NCBI GenBank assembly: GCA_949358305.1
Contig: OX442314.1
Span: forward strand, 21,204,001 to 21,268,000
Direction of reading: 5' to 3'
DNA length: 64,000 nucleotides
Source of the DNA: Strigamia acuminata
Taxonomy: Eukaryota
In this document: positions 26,698-40,857 of the stretch, piece after piece
How the letters are laid out: every line of letters starts with the position of its first letter
How positions within the stretch are numbered: position 1 is the first letter of the stretch
The notes under the pieces: generated by a model
Seen by the model: the letters and a program-made list of their open reading frames with translations, nothing else
Told to the model about the DNA's origin: nothing
Database searches by the model: none
Made by a program: the position numbers and the translations under genes

Positions 26698-29220
26698 GAT
26701 TTAGCTTTTTTTGGTATTCCATGCAACCTCAATAAAAATGATGTAAAAATGTGTTACCGCCATACCAGGATTCGAAGTGAAACGAAACTGACAATTTTGT
26801 GATATATTTGGGCAGATGTGAAGATTTCAGAGTTATTAATGTCAGGCCTGTCTTTCCCGATAGGGTAGGGTGTCTACCACCATATCCTGATGTAATCTAA
26901 CACAAAAAGTCCCCAATAATTCCAAGAAAAATTCCTAACTTACGATGTAATACAAACGGACATTTTAGCAGGTATAAATGGGCTTTAAAAATTTAATTAA
27001 ACACAAAGTGCATGTCTATAAACCCTCTTTAACTATTATGCATAATCAAAACCAAAATTAAATTGAAGTAGATTTAACCATCAAGTTTCCTTTGTCATAA
27101 TAAATACCTTAAACATTACACTCAAATAAACTTGTTTTATCACCACCGGACCCACCGGTGCATTTTTTTTATCTAATTAATTAACTTAAGTGAATTAAGC
27201 AGCGGGTTAAAGCAGAAAACTGCACGTGTGAAAGGGTGTTTTTAACTTAAACACCCTCGCTTTAAACATTTCGTACATTTTAATCATTAATATCAAATTA
27301 TTAATGAATTTTATATCTTGATTAAAACGTTACGGCCAAAGCAAACTATTCCCAACGGACTCGTGTCTTTCCAGCGGAATACCAACAGAATACATACGAG
27401 TATGACCTTTGCGAAATTGCTCGTTTAATTTTGAATTCGCTCAAAAAAATACTTTAAACGGTAAAATGAGTGAATATTAGTGTCGGAATGTTCCCAACTA
27501 CACGTGAGTAATAATGTTTGACAAATTCATTAATTTTGTGATTCGATTAAAAATGTGAGAAATTTAGAAAGCCAATAACTGAGTCACGCTGAAAATCAAA
27601 TTGTGTTGCATAGATTTCTTTTTCGTTCTTTATTTTCAAGAGTTTCTTTCATCACAGAGAATAATAAATGCAGAAAAAAATCTGATTTAGGCTCCAGTTT
27701 TAAGTAGGTAGTTTGTCAGCTTGTCCTCAAGTGACAAGTTAATGACTTTGTATGTTCCTTACATGCAATGTAATGCTATAACAGGAAGGGAGTGTGTTGT
27801 TATTAGTTTGTGCTTATTCATTGCCAGTAAATTTTAAGTCTTTCAAATATCATGAACAGCTCGCTTTCATAACTCGATAAATATGGCACAAATCCGAACT
27901 AGCACGAAAAATTCACTTTTGTGTTAATTACACGATACTTCCTGCACCGTTTCATGATTTCTATAGTAAAAATTTTGTTAGATGACTCCGACTTTATAGA
28001 AAACTACTCCGGGAACTGAGTTGAGCTTTTGTGCACGCTTTTTTTAGCGAAAGTAGGTTTAACGTGTTTGCGGCCATTTTTTCTTATGAACGTGTAAGCC
28101 ACGAGCAGCCGCAACAAGTTAATTATGATATTAAGTCGTATCACGACTTTTACCTCGCTACCTTCGATGGTCTTTGACCAAAACCACTAATACAAACCGT
28201 ATAATATGTATCATTAAAAAGGCATTTCAACCACGCACATGTCACACAAGCTTACCGAGAATATTTAAAAGTGCTACTTGAATTTTTCAAATGTGCAATG
28301 AATTTCTAGTGTCCACCGAGAAATGGATTTGAAATTGAGAAATAGATTTGAGTTATCCCTAACGTATTGCCCCGAGCTTCTCACCACGTTATTTTCCGCA
28401 GCAATAACGTTATTGCGATGACAAGTTTAGTATTTCAGGGTGTGGTGATATTGGATTGGCTGAAAATTCATAAATTCACGGTGCAACATCTGGGTATTTC
28501 GTACATAAATTGATGGATATCTGATTTGATTCATATCTATGTTGATTTCCATCTGGACACGTGTACGGTCTACTGAAAACTGCATCTCAACAGCAGCCCA
28601 ACAGTATTAAAAAAAGAATATTTAATAAAAGCTTCATCCTCGAATCACTGAGTTTTGCAGCGATCAGAAGAAGCGCCATCTTAAATCATCCTAAAGCACT
28701 AAATAACATTAAACTTTCACTTTAATTTTTTAAATAAAATGAGGTAGCTTTAAGCCAAATTAGGCATCGGTTTAACCTCGCCTCGGCCCGAGGGGAGGTC
28801 CGTCAAGGTCACTAGCCTCAATGTACCTCAAACCCGCTCCGGCCATTTTGAATATTTAACACGCGCACTCTTATGTTTGCCTTTTTTGTTTTTCTTTTCC
28901 CCTCAAAGGTAAACGCACATCCGTGGCCTTCGAGGAACGGGAGGTGCATCAAAAAGGGAATTCAGGAAGAATATTACTTCTACTCGAGGCCGTAGGCCTG
29001 TGATCACAAGTGATTAGGATGCAGAACAAATGTTGGAGGAAAAAAGTTGTTTTTGCTGTGTTGCTTGCTGTAACATTGGTATTTATTACATGTAGGAAGG
29101 AAAGACGCATTAAAACAATAGCTTTCAGGGATATGAAATCACAACAAGTTGTAAAAACGGGTTCAAACAACTTAACCGAACAGTTAACAACTTCTAGCTA
29201 CAAGAAACTATCTAAATAAT

Positions 29221-29560
29221 TCAAAATAACAAAAAACAACAAAAAACATCAAAAAATACCCAAAAATAACTAAAAACACCCAAAAATAACTAAAAACACC
29301 CAAAAATAACTAAAAACACCCAAAAATAACTAAAAACATCAAAAATAGCACAAAATAAACACTAAAAATAAGAGAAAAAACACCAAAAACACCAAAAAAA
29401 AAATAAAAACATCAAAAATAACAAAAAAATACCAAAAAAAAAACAAAATAAACACTAAAAAACACCAAAAACACCAAAAAAAATACTTAAAAAATCCCAA
29501 AATCATCTAAAAAATTCCAAATAAATCAATAAACAAATAAAACCAACAAAACTACTAAGC
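29221..29560. repeat. A-rich low-complexity region with a 20-bp minisatellite
   Basis: Repeats of CAAAAATAACTAAAAACACC. Confidence 0.85.
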
Positions 29561-32500
29561 AATTATAAATCTTACCTCATTTTCTATCGCCGTCCCTTTG
29601 TCTACTCAAATAACCATAAAACTCATTTTTAACAACTTTCCCTCTACTGTTTTTTTTTTTTTTATTATAGATTACAAATAACGTTAGTCATCCACTCCAC
29701 TTTTATTTTAACACACCATTTTTTTTCCTTGGAAATTCCATCCTACAACTTTGACCCCCTTTTTCTGGACTCTGTGTTTGGTTTTTTTTGTTTTTAGTTT
29801 TTTTATGTCAGTTAATCAACAAGAGGCGGTTTTTGTTTACCCTTGTTCTCTAGTTTTCCTTGCTCCTTTTTTCCCCACTCACAAGTCAGTTTCTTGACCC
29901 CTCCTCACACTTCCATCCAATTTTTTTTTCCTTGATGAAAATTAGGGCCCACAGAGGGGGAAAGGGATGAATTGTTGCTGATGCATCCTTGAAACGTCAA
30001 GATAGTTTCGAAAGATGACCATTCAAGGACTCAGTTCCCCTTGGTGCAACCAATTGCTACGTGTCAATGAAACCCTCTGACAGGGTCACTTGATTCAATC
30101 CGCCCCACGAGACAAGGACGTGTAAACAAATTTACATCAATTTTCAACAAGTTAGACGCAATAAACTGCCGTTTTCCATTTTACCGGTGGGTGGAGTGGG
30201 TGAAAGCACCAGGGAAAGTCAACTTCCTCAATGTTTAACTTAACTAATTGTGTCATGTCATTGTTGATGGTGTAGAGGAAGTGGTATTACATGATATTAA
30301 AGCAAGTTGGAATCAGGTTCGGTGATCTAAAGGGGTGTGCCTTGACTTGTGTCGTGCACTGTTACTGCCTTAATGGGTATAATCATAAATTGAAGCAAAT
30401 CGTTTCATTTAAGAGGAAGGAAAAAGGTGAGGAACAAAAGAAGAAAATATAACGACAAACCAACAATTTTATTCTTAATTTTCCGTGCAAAATGAAAACA
30501 AACATCATGTGTTTACCACCTGCGACTGAATGAAACATCCACAGGTGTTGGGTGTTAATAAGAAATTAATTCAGTCAAACCAAACCCTAAAGCGCGTGCA
30601 AAAAACTGATGCACAACCGAGATAAAGTAACAATGCAAATACAATCTGCAGGTGCGCTCAAAGAACATTATTGAATGCACAAAAATGGAGCTTTGAATAA
30701 ATTTGCTATGAACATAATTTTGTTTTTGGAATTTTAAAAAATAAAAGCAATTGGCACACACTCATGAATATTTACGAGTCTCCTAAATGAAAATCAATGT
30801 GTGCGAGCTAAAAAAAATGTCGAATTTTCTCCCGAAAAGAAAATAATTTTGGGAATTGACAATGTCACAGTTAAAAATTAAATTCCCATAATTCTTCGAA
30901 CCGGAAATGAGTTAAAGTACTGTTTCAATTACAGTTTCCTTATTAGACACTCCATTTCCTTTTTTACTTCAACAGTCTAGTTGCCTTGAAAACAATGTTT
31001 GAAATTAAAGCCGAAATATCTCGAGATACTTGAAAGCTGAAACTGAAACTTACTTCACTTGACATTCTCGAATTGAAAGCCAAAAGATGACCCGATTTGG
31101 GTTAATGTTCGATAATGATGAGACTAAATTATAGGCTCAGTGTCCATATTAGTCCTAATTTTGCTCTATATTTCGCCAAGATAATTTTAGGTGTAGAATG
31201 ATTCACACTATAGGAGGTTGATGTTCCACAGTTCCCATAATTCTCTGGGAAATGGAGTAAACATGCATTCCCAGTCAAGTGCTTGTATCTGTATGGCCTA
31301 ACACTTGAATTCAATTAGAAAATTATAACTAAAGTGATGGCACAATCAAGTTTAAGGATATACTAGTTAATTTTTTGTAAAATAAAACTTATTGGCAGCA
31401 GTTTAAAACCACTTAGCCGCAATTTCTTTGCTCAATTATATCTCGAGACCTATTTTAAGCAGAAATTGGTCAATGTCTTCAATAAATTGGTACATTTTTT
31501 ATCCAATTAATTATTATGTTTGCATTTTATATTCAAGGATAGGTTTAATTTATTTTTACTTTATCTTTGATTCCGGCGGTGAAACAGCTGAACACTTAAA
31601 AATTAAACTTACAAATTTTAAAACCACTTAAAACCGAAATTACATAAATAAATAATTCAAATTTCATAAAAAATTCTTTGTTTCTTTGTGTCTCGTTACA
31701 AAAATACACCGAAAAGAAAACACATTTCCCATAAACCAGTTTGGAAAACATTTTATTAATTCACCTTTGAACTCAACCTTAATACACAAGCCAAACATCC
31801 TACATTTCACTGACATAAAAACGAGCAAAGTCCGAATTTTAATCGAAAATGAGCAGAAAAAAATTAATCCCTAACCAAAACAATTGCAGAAATCCATATC
31901 CTGTTGAAAACAAAACAAAACGCAGAAAAATGGAAACTTAAACCAAACGTATCGAATAGTTTTTGCATTAAGTCAGCTTGGAATTTTAGCATGTTAATCT
32001 CCATGCTGATCCAGCACCAGCAGAGAAACCCATGGGGTCTAGGAGGGTCAAGGTCCTCGGCAATTGACCCTATCTAATGGAATGCAAAATGACGTCATTG
32101 CTCGTTATGTTTAATGGAGCGAGATATTGTTGCAACAGTTATGCAAAAAAGAAAGCAAAAGTTACTTCCCATTTCAAAGTTACATGTGTAGAACGTAAGT
32201 AATGATCTCATAATGGGTGTGCGCTTTTGGCATGATCCAATTTTCAGACATTATTTAAGATTTACATTATTTTTTAAAACGCTTTTTCACTCCACAGGTT
32301 TTTCTACAAAAAATTACTTTTTTTTTTAATAAGGCAAAACATTAAATTACAATTTAAAAAAAAAAAATTTGTGTTTTTTGAACACTTGGAGTGTGAAAAT
32401 TGCAACAACAAAAAAAAAACATGTATAAATTGTAAAATACAAAGACGGAAACTTCAAAAAAAATGAATTTCGCACAACTATTGAATTCAGTAGCCGATGG

Positions 32501-34413
32501 TTGAATAAAGAATAAATAACCGGAAGTCGGAAACAAGTATGTTGACGTTATATCATACATTTACATGATGAACGGATCACGAAATCCGAAGGGAGAAATC
32601 ACAGCATGACTACTAATTATGTAACGGTCACTTTGCAACAATATCACTCAAGAACTCAAACAGGTTCTAATTATAAAAATCAAAACAAGAAAAAAACAAA
32701 ACAAAAAAATTAATTTAAAACTAAATATATCAAACCTAACCTAACCAAAACAAAACCAAAAAAGAAAAATAAATAAATAAATTCTGTCTTTCGCACTTTC
32801 CTCCTCATTTAAACAAAAAAAAGAAAATTCCATTCACGGAATTGTTGTTGCACACCTCATTAAGGACAAGGAGAAATTGACCACAAAAAAAATAAAAGGT
32901 TTTTTTAAAAAAAAAAAATTCTAGTCCTACAAATCATTTCACCGAAATCCACCCACGCAGTCTCACATGTGGAGGCAGCGTTCAAGGAACCTCTCACCTG
33001 GTGGAGGTTATTCCACCCGCCTAGAACACCCCCCTGCAATAAAGGTGACATCACCTTTACAACTTCATTGAAAATAATTAAGACCCGCAAAAAATAAATG
33101 CTTTGTGTGAACTCGTGCTTACCTGTCGATCGTATCTTATCCACGCGAATATCCAGGTAGAAATGAGGTGTGCAATAAGAAGGAGAAACAGCCTCAACTC
33201 ACGCTTCAAATTGGCAGTCTTCCAATATAGGTGTCAGCGACGACTAGCGATGGAATGTGGAACGAGTAGTGTCATGTAATCTCGTCTTTTTAATTCGATT
33301 TATTTTGATCCTGAGTTTTATAGTTATGTCATGTAAATAAAAAAAATAAATGTGTTTCAAATTTCATAATTTTGTTGAATTTCTTCGAATGTTTGAGTTT
33401 ATGAAATGGAAATTTGTGTGACAGCCATAAACGGGTTGTTTAGGAGCTGTGAAGTGAGATTTGGGCTTACGTGTTACAATAATTGTATATATTGTATATG
33501 GAGCTTTGTAACCTCATTTGCATGATGGTTGTTTGTAAAATAGGTTAGCAGTTCAAGAAAGGAGAATTAATACAAGACTTTCAGAGAAGTTTTGACAAAC
33601 AGGTTTGAATTTTGAACGATTATTAAAATGTATACAAAGAAGTAAATTGTTTTAACATAATGTCACTTTTAGCCTACATACTGGTAATTCAAAATGAATT
33701 TGAAAAAAAAAATTATTTTCTCGCTTTAGAAATTTATTATTCACAAAATCGTGTGTATTGGGACTAATTTCAGTCCTTGGCATTTATGTCAATGATTATC
33801 AAATTTTAAAAACAGGAAAAATAAAAGTGAAATGAATAAAAAAAAAGCAATAGAAAATAATAATAAAAAACCAAGAATGACCTCACTGTCCCTGAACAAC
33901 TAACAAGGAATTTTCTCCATTATTATTAGCCAAACTAAAGAAAAAAATCAGATTTACTTTTAAAAAAAAATGACAAAACACGGAATTTACATAATCAGCT
34001 TTGAAGTAACTACAATTGAAACACCCTACTTTAGCACATTTGTAGCGCGTATAATTCGCATTTCACGCACGTCAATTGCGAAAATCCATTGCTTTACGCA
34101 TTCTTGCACCCGTGCACATGCACAACAGTTTTGTAACCGCATTAAAATATGTTACATAAAAAAAAATTAAAAGCCACTAGAAAATCTTTGTCTACTGGAG
34201 CGGAAAATACGAGATTTCTTTCTTTTGCTCTGCGTTTCGTGACAAAAAATGCGCATACTGATTCATCAAACTGAAATAATGTGTCAAATTGGCTCACTTT
34301 ATTGCCCCGACGCCATCAAATCGTAACAACCATATTTAACCTCCAACAAACAAATCTTTCACGCGCTTTTTTAACAATTTCTTCTTTTTATACTTTCCAT
34401 GGCTGAGTTATAA

Positions 34414-37400
34414 ATGCGGTGTTTGGTTTACCTTCGCATCTTAACCCTTACATCCTTGTGTCAACCATCACTGCACTTAGATCGGTACATAAAACCATCA
34501 TCAATAAAACTTAACAAAATGTTAAATAAATCGCAGTAATTAATAATAAATTAAAAACAGGTTTGAAAATGATCGCGAATCTCTTTGGAGGGAGAATTCC
34601 TACATGAAATCACCGAGGAAGATCAGATCCGATTTGTCTCAACTCAAACGCGAAAACGTGGAAGATGAATTCTCAAATAAGAGGTCGTTTTGGTCTCGAC
34701 CCGTAGCTAAAACTCAAAAGAGAAGATCGTTTTACTCGCCAAAGCTTCGTCACAACGAACCACGTAGTCTCGAACGAAGAACAGCTCCCTATCACAGATC
34801 AATTGAATCGGACGAATATCGCACGAGAGAAAAAGGAACAGATCAAAACATAAATGCAGAGCACACTGCACAAAAAGAGCTTGAAATTCGCTGTGGACGT
34901 AATCGAAGACAACAAACAAGATTTCCAAGTGACAAAGAGATTAGAAAATTCAGATTGAATGACCAGGAAGAATATTTGAGTGATGAAGGCAATGAAGGGT
35001 TTGGTAGACGGAAAAGAAGGTTCAGAGATGGCGGACATAGGAGAAACATCGAGTCGGAAACGTTTCTTAGCGGCGAAGAAACGATTCAAGATAGGCAAAA
35101 GATGTTGCTGGATTCGTTTCGTAGAAGGAAAAGGACTGGAGAAAATGTGGGGAAGTTGAGATGGAGAAGGAAAAGGAAAAAGGAAAAGTAGGTATTGGCG
35201 ATTTTAAGGGACAGGATAATTTGCGGAACCGCGGAACTGGCGGAACAGGCGGAACCGATGGGTTTGTGGAAAACCCGGTATCGCCAATTCTGTGGAAACG
35301 GCGGAACGGCGGAACTAGATTGTTTCATTGCCAAATTCCGCTGAACAAGCTGAAATATTGTAATCAAAATATCAAAATTAAACAAAAGTTTAATTAAATA
35401 GAAATAACCAAAAACAAAAATAAATAAAAATCAACAAAAATAAAAATAAATAAAAATCAACAAAAATAAAAATAAATAAAAATAACCCAAAATAAAAGTA
35501 CGATTGAAGTTTTGATACTAAATAATCTTATTTATTTATCATTTTATCACGAGTTTTGTGCCTAAAAAATTAGATTTTACGCCCAACTTTTGTTTTTTAC
35601 AATAAAAATGGTTTTTCCGTTTGATAAATTCGTTTTACACCGATGCAAATTAATTAATTGAGACAAAAAATTGATTTTGGCCAAAAAAATGAATTTTTGG
35701 CCAAAAAAATGAATTTTTGGCCAAAAAAATGAATTTTTGGCCAAAAAAATGAATTTTTGGCCAAAAAAATGAATTTTTGACCAAAAAATTCATTTGTGGT
35801 TCGAAAAAGGGTTTTTTGAGTCAGAAAATTGATTTTTGAGTCAAAAAATTCAATTTTGACTGAAAAAACTTAAATTTTGACAGAAAAAAATTAAATTTTG
35901 ACAGAAAAAAATTAAATTTTGACAGAAAAAAATTAAATTTTGACAGAAAAAAATTAAATTTTTACAGAAAAAAATTAAATTTTGACTCAAAAAATTGAAT
36001 TTTGACAGAAAAAAATTAAATTTTGACTCAAAAAATTGAATTTTTTTACCAAAAATGAATTTTTTCACCAAAAATGAATTTTTTCACCAAAAATGAAATT
36101 TTTCACCAAAAATGAAATTTTTCACCAAAAATGAAATTTTTCACCAAAAATAAAATTTTTCACCAAAAATGAAATTTTTCACCAAAAATGAAATTTTTCA
36201 CCAAAAATGAAATTTTTCACCAAAAATGAAATTTTTCACCAAAAATAAAATTTTTCACCAAAAATGAAATTTTTCTCCAAAAATGAAATTTTTCACCAAA
36301 AATGAAATTTTTCACCAAAAATGAAATTTTTCACCAAAAATGAAATTTTTCACCAAAAATGAAATTTTTCACCAAAAATGAAATTTTTCACCAAAAATGA
36401 AATTTTTCACCAAAAATGAAATTTTTCACCAAAAATCAATTTTTTTGCCAAAATCAATTTTTAGTCTCAATTAATAAATTTGCATCGGTTTAAAACGAAT
36501 TTATCAAACGGAAAAACTATTTTTATTGAAAAAAACGAAAGTTAGGCATAAAATCTAATTTTTTAGGCACAAAACTCGTGATAAAATGATAAATAAATAA
36601 GATTATTTAGTATCAAAACTTCAATCGTACTTTTATTTTGGGTTATTTTTATTTATTTTTATTTTTATTGATTTTTATTTATTTTTGTTTTTGGTAATTT
36701 TTATTTAATTAAACTTTTGTTTAATTTTGATATTTTTTTGGCCTGATCACAATATTTCAGCTTGTTCAGCGGAATTTGGCAATGAAACAATCTAGTTCCA
36801 CCGTTCCGTCGTTTCCACAGAATCGCCAATTCTGCGGAAACGGCGGAACGGCTGAACAATAGCTATGGAGGTCAGGCAAAAATTAATTAAAATTAAAAAT
36901 TAAAATTTACAAAAGCAATCTTACAAAATTACAAATTCCAAGGTAACGAGTTGGATATTCTTTGTTTTCGATGTTTTTGTTTCAATTTGATAAGTTATGA
37001 CTAATTTGATACATCAATTTAAATGCCCTACCAAAAGCCCCAAAATCCAAAATTCAGAACTGATTTGTTGAAAATATTTTAACACTTAATGTGAAAAACT
37101 CCCCATGACATCCAGCAGTTATAGTCTCAGTGAAATTAATCAACTACGAGTATTTTGTAAGGTTTAAAAAAAAATAACAAGAACTACATAAAATTTATCT
37201 ACTTGCAACTGCAAAAAGATTTACAACTTTTTAAAATTAGCTTAACACGTAATTACGGTTGCTTTTTTAAAAAAAATTTAACGTAAAAAGCTTAAAAAAT
37301 TAGGCGTTTAAACGAAATCAATTTCAAACATGAGCTCAGTGTGAATATGGCATTCTCTAATAAATGATTTATTCCTAGCAATTAGTATCTATCTGTTTAA

Positions 37401-39093
37401 TGGGAGATTTTTTACAACATAGTGGTACATTGTTTTTTTCAAATCAAGAAAAATTAATACATTAAAACAAAACCCACTCGTTTATTTATTTTATTTTTTT
37501 GTTCTAATATATATTTTTATATATATTTCTACGTGCCAGTATCCAACCACGAACACAACAGTAATTTACAAATTTTATTTTCTCCCGATCAGCTTGTTCA
37601 GCTTGTTCCGCCGTTCCGCCGTTTCCGCAGAATTGGCGATTCCAGGTTTTCCTCAAACCCATCGGTTCCGCCTGTTCCGCCAGTTCCGCGGTTCCGCAAA
37701 TTATCCTGTCCCCGATTTTAATGGTGGCTTTAGTGTAACCGTCATTCTACCCTCGTAACTTTATTGTTTTGTTATTATTAGGGCTGAAGAAGAACGAAAA
37801 ACAGCACGGACGAATTTTGCGGTTTATGGTAATAAAGGAAATGCTGGTTTAGCTAAAGGTGGAGTGAATAGTTTTGGGATAAATGGAGTTGCTGTTGGAA
37901 GGACGAGATTCGATGATGAGCAGAAGAAAATTGACGGAAGTAGACATGATTTTGCGAGAGACTATTTTAGAAAACGGCGGAAAAGGAGGCAAATTATGGA
38001 CGGCGATGATTTCAAGAGACTGCGGAGGCAAAGTGAAGAAGGGCAAGTTGAAGGGAATCGTTGGGCGACTGCAGAAGAAGGTTCGGACACGGATAATGTA
38101 CAGGAAGTAAGTTCATACATGAATAAAGGTGCAGGATTTGAGACCGACGACTATGGCAACGAACAGGAAAGCGTTGGAGATGAAACCGAGCTCGCGGACG
38201 ATGTCCGAAGAGAAATAGGTGCAGACGAAATCCAGAATTCTAAAGGCGATACAAGACATTCTGAATTATGTGCACGCTTCTCGTCGGTGAGTCAGAAGAA
38301 TACCGGAAATAAAAAGATGCATAGCAGAGAGTGGGGTCGCCCAAAGTCGGAAAGGGACAGTGGCATTAATCGGGAAAGCGAAAACAACGCAAAGAGTGCA
38401 GAACGACGACGTTGGGTATACATAAATAACGTTTATCCTTATCCAAACACACGTGGACAAAAGATCAACTCGGAGAAAGTAAAGCCACCACCAATTGGCG
38501 ATTTACGTCGGGCGAGAAGAGTGCACAGAAAGTTGCCGGAAGTTACGGAATTTTTATCGGATGAAGATGCAGTGAGGGAAGAAGCGGAATGGGATAAGGA
38601 GTATGCGATTAATGATGCGGAGGAAGCGGATCGGGATCATAGACAAGCCGAAACGATGGAGGCCGAAGCGGAGGTGCAGGAACACGAAAAAAAGCAGGAA
38701 AAATTGGGGGGAAACGAAATGAAACAAGCACTGGGTCCAGAAACGGAGGAAGAGCTACCGGGACTTCGGGAGAGTGAAAGGCAGCACAGGAGACTGGAAA
38801 AAGGTTCTAAAAAAGAAGCCGAAGTGGCGTCAAGACATCAAAGGACTAATTTCGAAACGAGAGTTAATAGATTTATAGGAAATGTTGAGTCGACAAATGT
38901 TGCTTCATCACCACTGCTTTCAGGCGGAACTTTAAAAGAAGATAAAATCAGGTGACTGAACCCCCGTGTGTGTGGCGTCATCTTCATTTAAATATGGCGC
39001 TCTAAATGCAACCTAATTTAATTTAATTACGTTATCAGATGGAACGTGATCCTAATGCTCGCATTTGGTCTTCTTGTGTTTGCATTAAGATAA
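34414..39093 (+). CDS. Orphan 640-aa secreted, polybasic, low-complexity protein with a GPI-anchor-like C-terminus; exons 34414-34484, 34561-35187, 37782-38951, 39039-39093
   Basis: Three phase-2 GT-AG introns join the exons into 1923 nt with no stop. N-term MRCLVYLRILTLTSLCQPS; C-term SGGTLKEDKIRWNVILMLAFGLLVFALR*; AATAAA near 39248. Confidence 0.72.
35208..37712. mobile_element. MULE/Foldback-like non-autonomous element with a 9-bp TSD in intron 2 of the orphan gene
   Basis: TIRs GGGACAGGATAATTTGCGGAACC...GGTTCCGCAAATTATCCTGTCCC (~115 bp); TSD CGATTTTAA at 35199-35207 and 37713-37721; internal inverted repeat ~35290-35690 / 36440-36823. Confidence 0.9.
35672..36450. repeat. 19-21-bp minisatellite arrays in the foldback spacer
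   Basis: (GGCCAAAAAAATGAATTTTT)n, (TTTTGACAGAAAAAAATTAAA)n, (CACCAAAAATGAAATTTTT)n. Confidence 0.9.
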
Positions 39094-39595
39094 TCCGATC
39101 AACCGAACTCGCCTTTTGTAACCATTTTCTCGGCCAATTGGAGAACATCTGCAGTTATTTTTATATTTATATATATATATTTCTTTTAAATAGTAATTTT
39201 AAAAAAAAATCTATATTGTTTACATATATAACTGTATAATTTATTAAAATAAAACGAAAACAAAACAGTGGTATTGTTTATTCTTTTAAGAATAAGGAAA
39301 AAAATTGGACGTATTTATAGAAAAAAAAGGAATATACATAATTTTTCAAAGAACAACCCATGTGATTTTTCTTTCTTTCTATTCAACACTAAAATGAAGA
39401 GAAAAAAAATAATCCGCAAAAAATATATTAACAATATTTGTAATTATTATGAATTCATTTTTAAAGTAAAGATGTAGCAGCCAATCAGGGCTGATTATTG
39501 TAGTATTTAACCTGTGTATTTCGTTTGAATAAATCACTTGTAATCTTTAACCCTAGTTGTACAGTTGTATTGTTCCGGATACGAGAATTCCAACA

Positions 39596-39882
39596 AAACC
39601 ACAGATAGAGTGATTGTATGTTCGAATCGGTCTAAAATTTGGCATAAACGTGACTGTTCGAACGGAACTTGTGCATCTTCGGTCTCAAATACCTAGAAAA
39701 ACAAATACAAAAGAATTTTACGTGACATTTAATCACTCAATCGATCAAACTCACTTTGGTACCTCTATAGAAACCTTCACTGTTCAAGGTTTTGCTCATT
39801 CACTAACAATCTCATATCGTTCGAGTACTTCATTAATACCAAGCGAACAGGTGCATCGCAAGAACAACCAAGAACCTTTAAA
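39596..39882 (-). pseudogene. USP47 fragment in the same orientation as the parent gene
   Basis: Matches ~47660-47962 with a 12-nt deletion. Confidence 0.85.
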
Positions 39883-40857
39883 AAATTGAATATTTAATTC
39901 TCAAATGACAAAAATACAAAATAAAAATAAAGAAAAAAAACAAACCATTATTATTTTGTGCAACAAATTCTTTAATCAACGAATTAAAATCGAGTTAATC
40001 TTGTAAACAAGTTCAATTATTTCTAAGTAATTAATTATTCTTAATAAAAAACGTTAATACAATATAATAAGATTTAAATAATTAACGCAACAAAAAATAT
40101 TTGCATGCATTGATGAAACGGAACGAAAAATATTTGCAGTAGTGATTGAAAGGCATTCTGGTACCATACCAAAAATTGAAGAAAAAAAATTAAAATAGAT
40201 ATAGGTAGGAAAAATGTATTTGATTACCTTCATTTCCGTTATTAATAAGCAATAAGGTACTTAAAGTGCACTCTTTAGCTCCCAGCAGCTCGCGGATTAC
40301 ATTGTTTTGTATCTTAAAAAAAAAAGTAACAGAAAGTCGTGTTGTTAAAAATTTATGACGACCGGTATGTAATTAATTATACTTACTCTTAAGCTGATGT
40401 GTGAATGACAACTTGGGGTCGGGCATTTCACGACAACGCGAGTTTGAAACGATATGTAGTAATAAAGACCCCTCGTTGCTGTAATAATTTCTCCACAAAA
40501 CAGACACTTAATGGTTTTTCCCAATCGAATCGGTTTTTTCTGCTTCACATCCATAATAACACTTTCCTGCTAATTATTATACCGGTAAATACAATAAGGA
40601 TGTTTGTTGAAGACTGCCGAAATTTCTACAAATTTCAGCCTATTTATATGAATTATCTGAACATCAGACCCAATCATGGAACGTATATAGATTACATAGG
40701 TATATAATAATAATTTTAAAGAATAAAGAATAAAGAATAAAGGTTGCGCAAAATAACGTGGTTTGTTTTTTATCTTTATGTTTTATGTTTTATTTTTATT
40801 TTTGGGTAATTTTTTTATTTTATTATTTGATTTCTTTGAATTTTCTTTTTAATTTAG

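Noticed and set aside
28770..29000. GC-rich motifs such as CGAGGCCGTAGGCC suggestive of a non-autonomous element
   Set aside because: No ends, TSD or coding remnant could be defined.
35672..36450. Regular short repeats resembling a CRISPR array (also 23070-23280)
   Set aside because: Head-to-tail minisatellites without unique spacers, in eukaryotic DNA with no cas genes.
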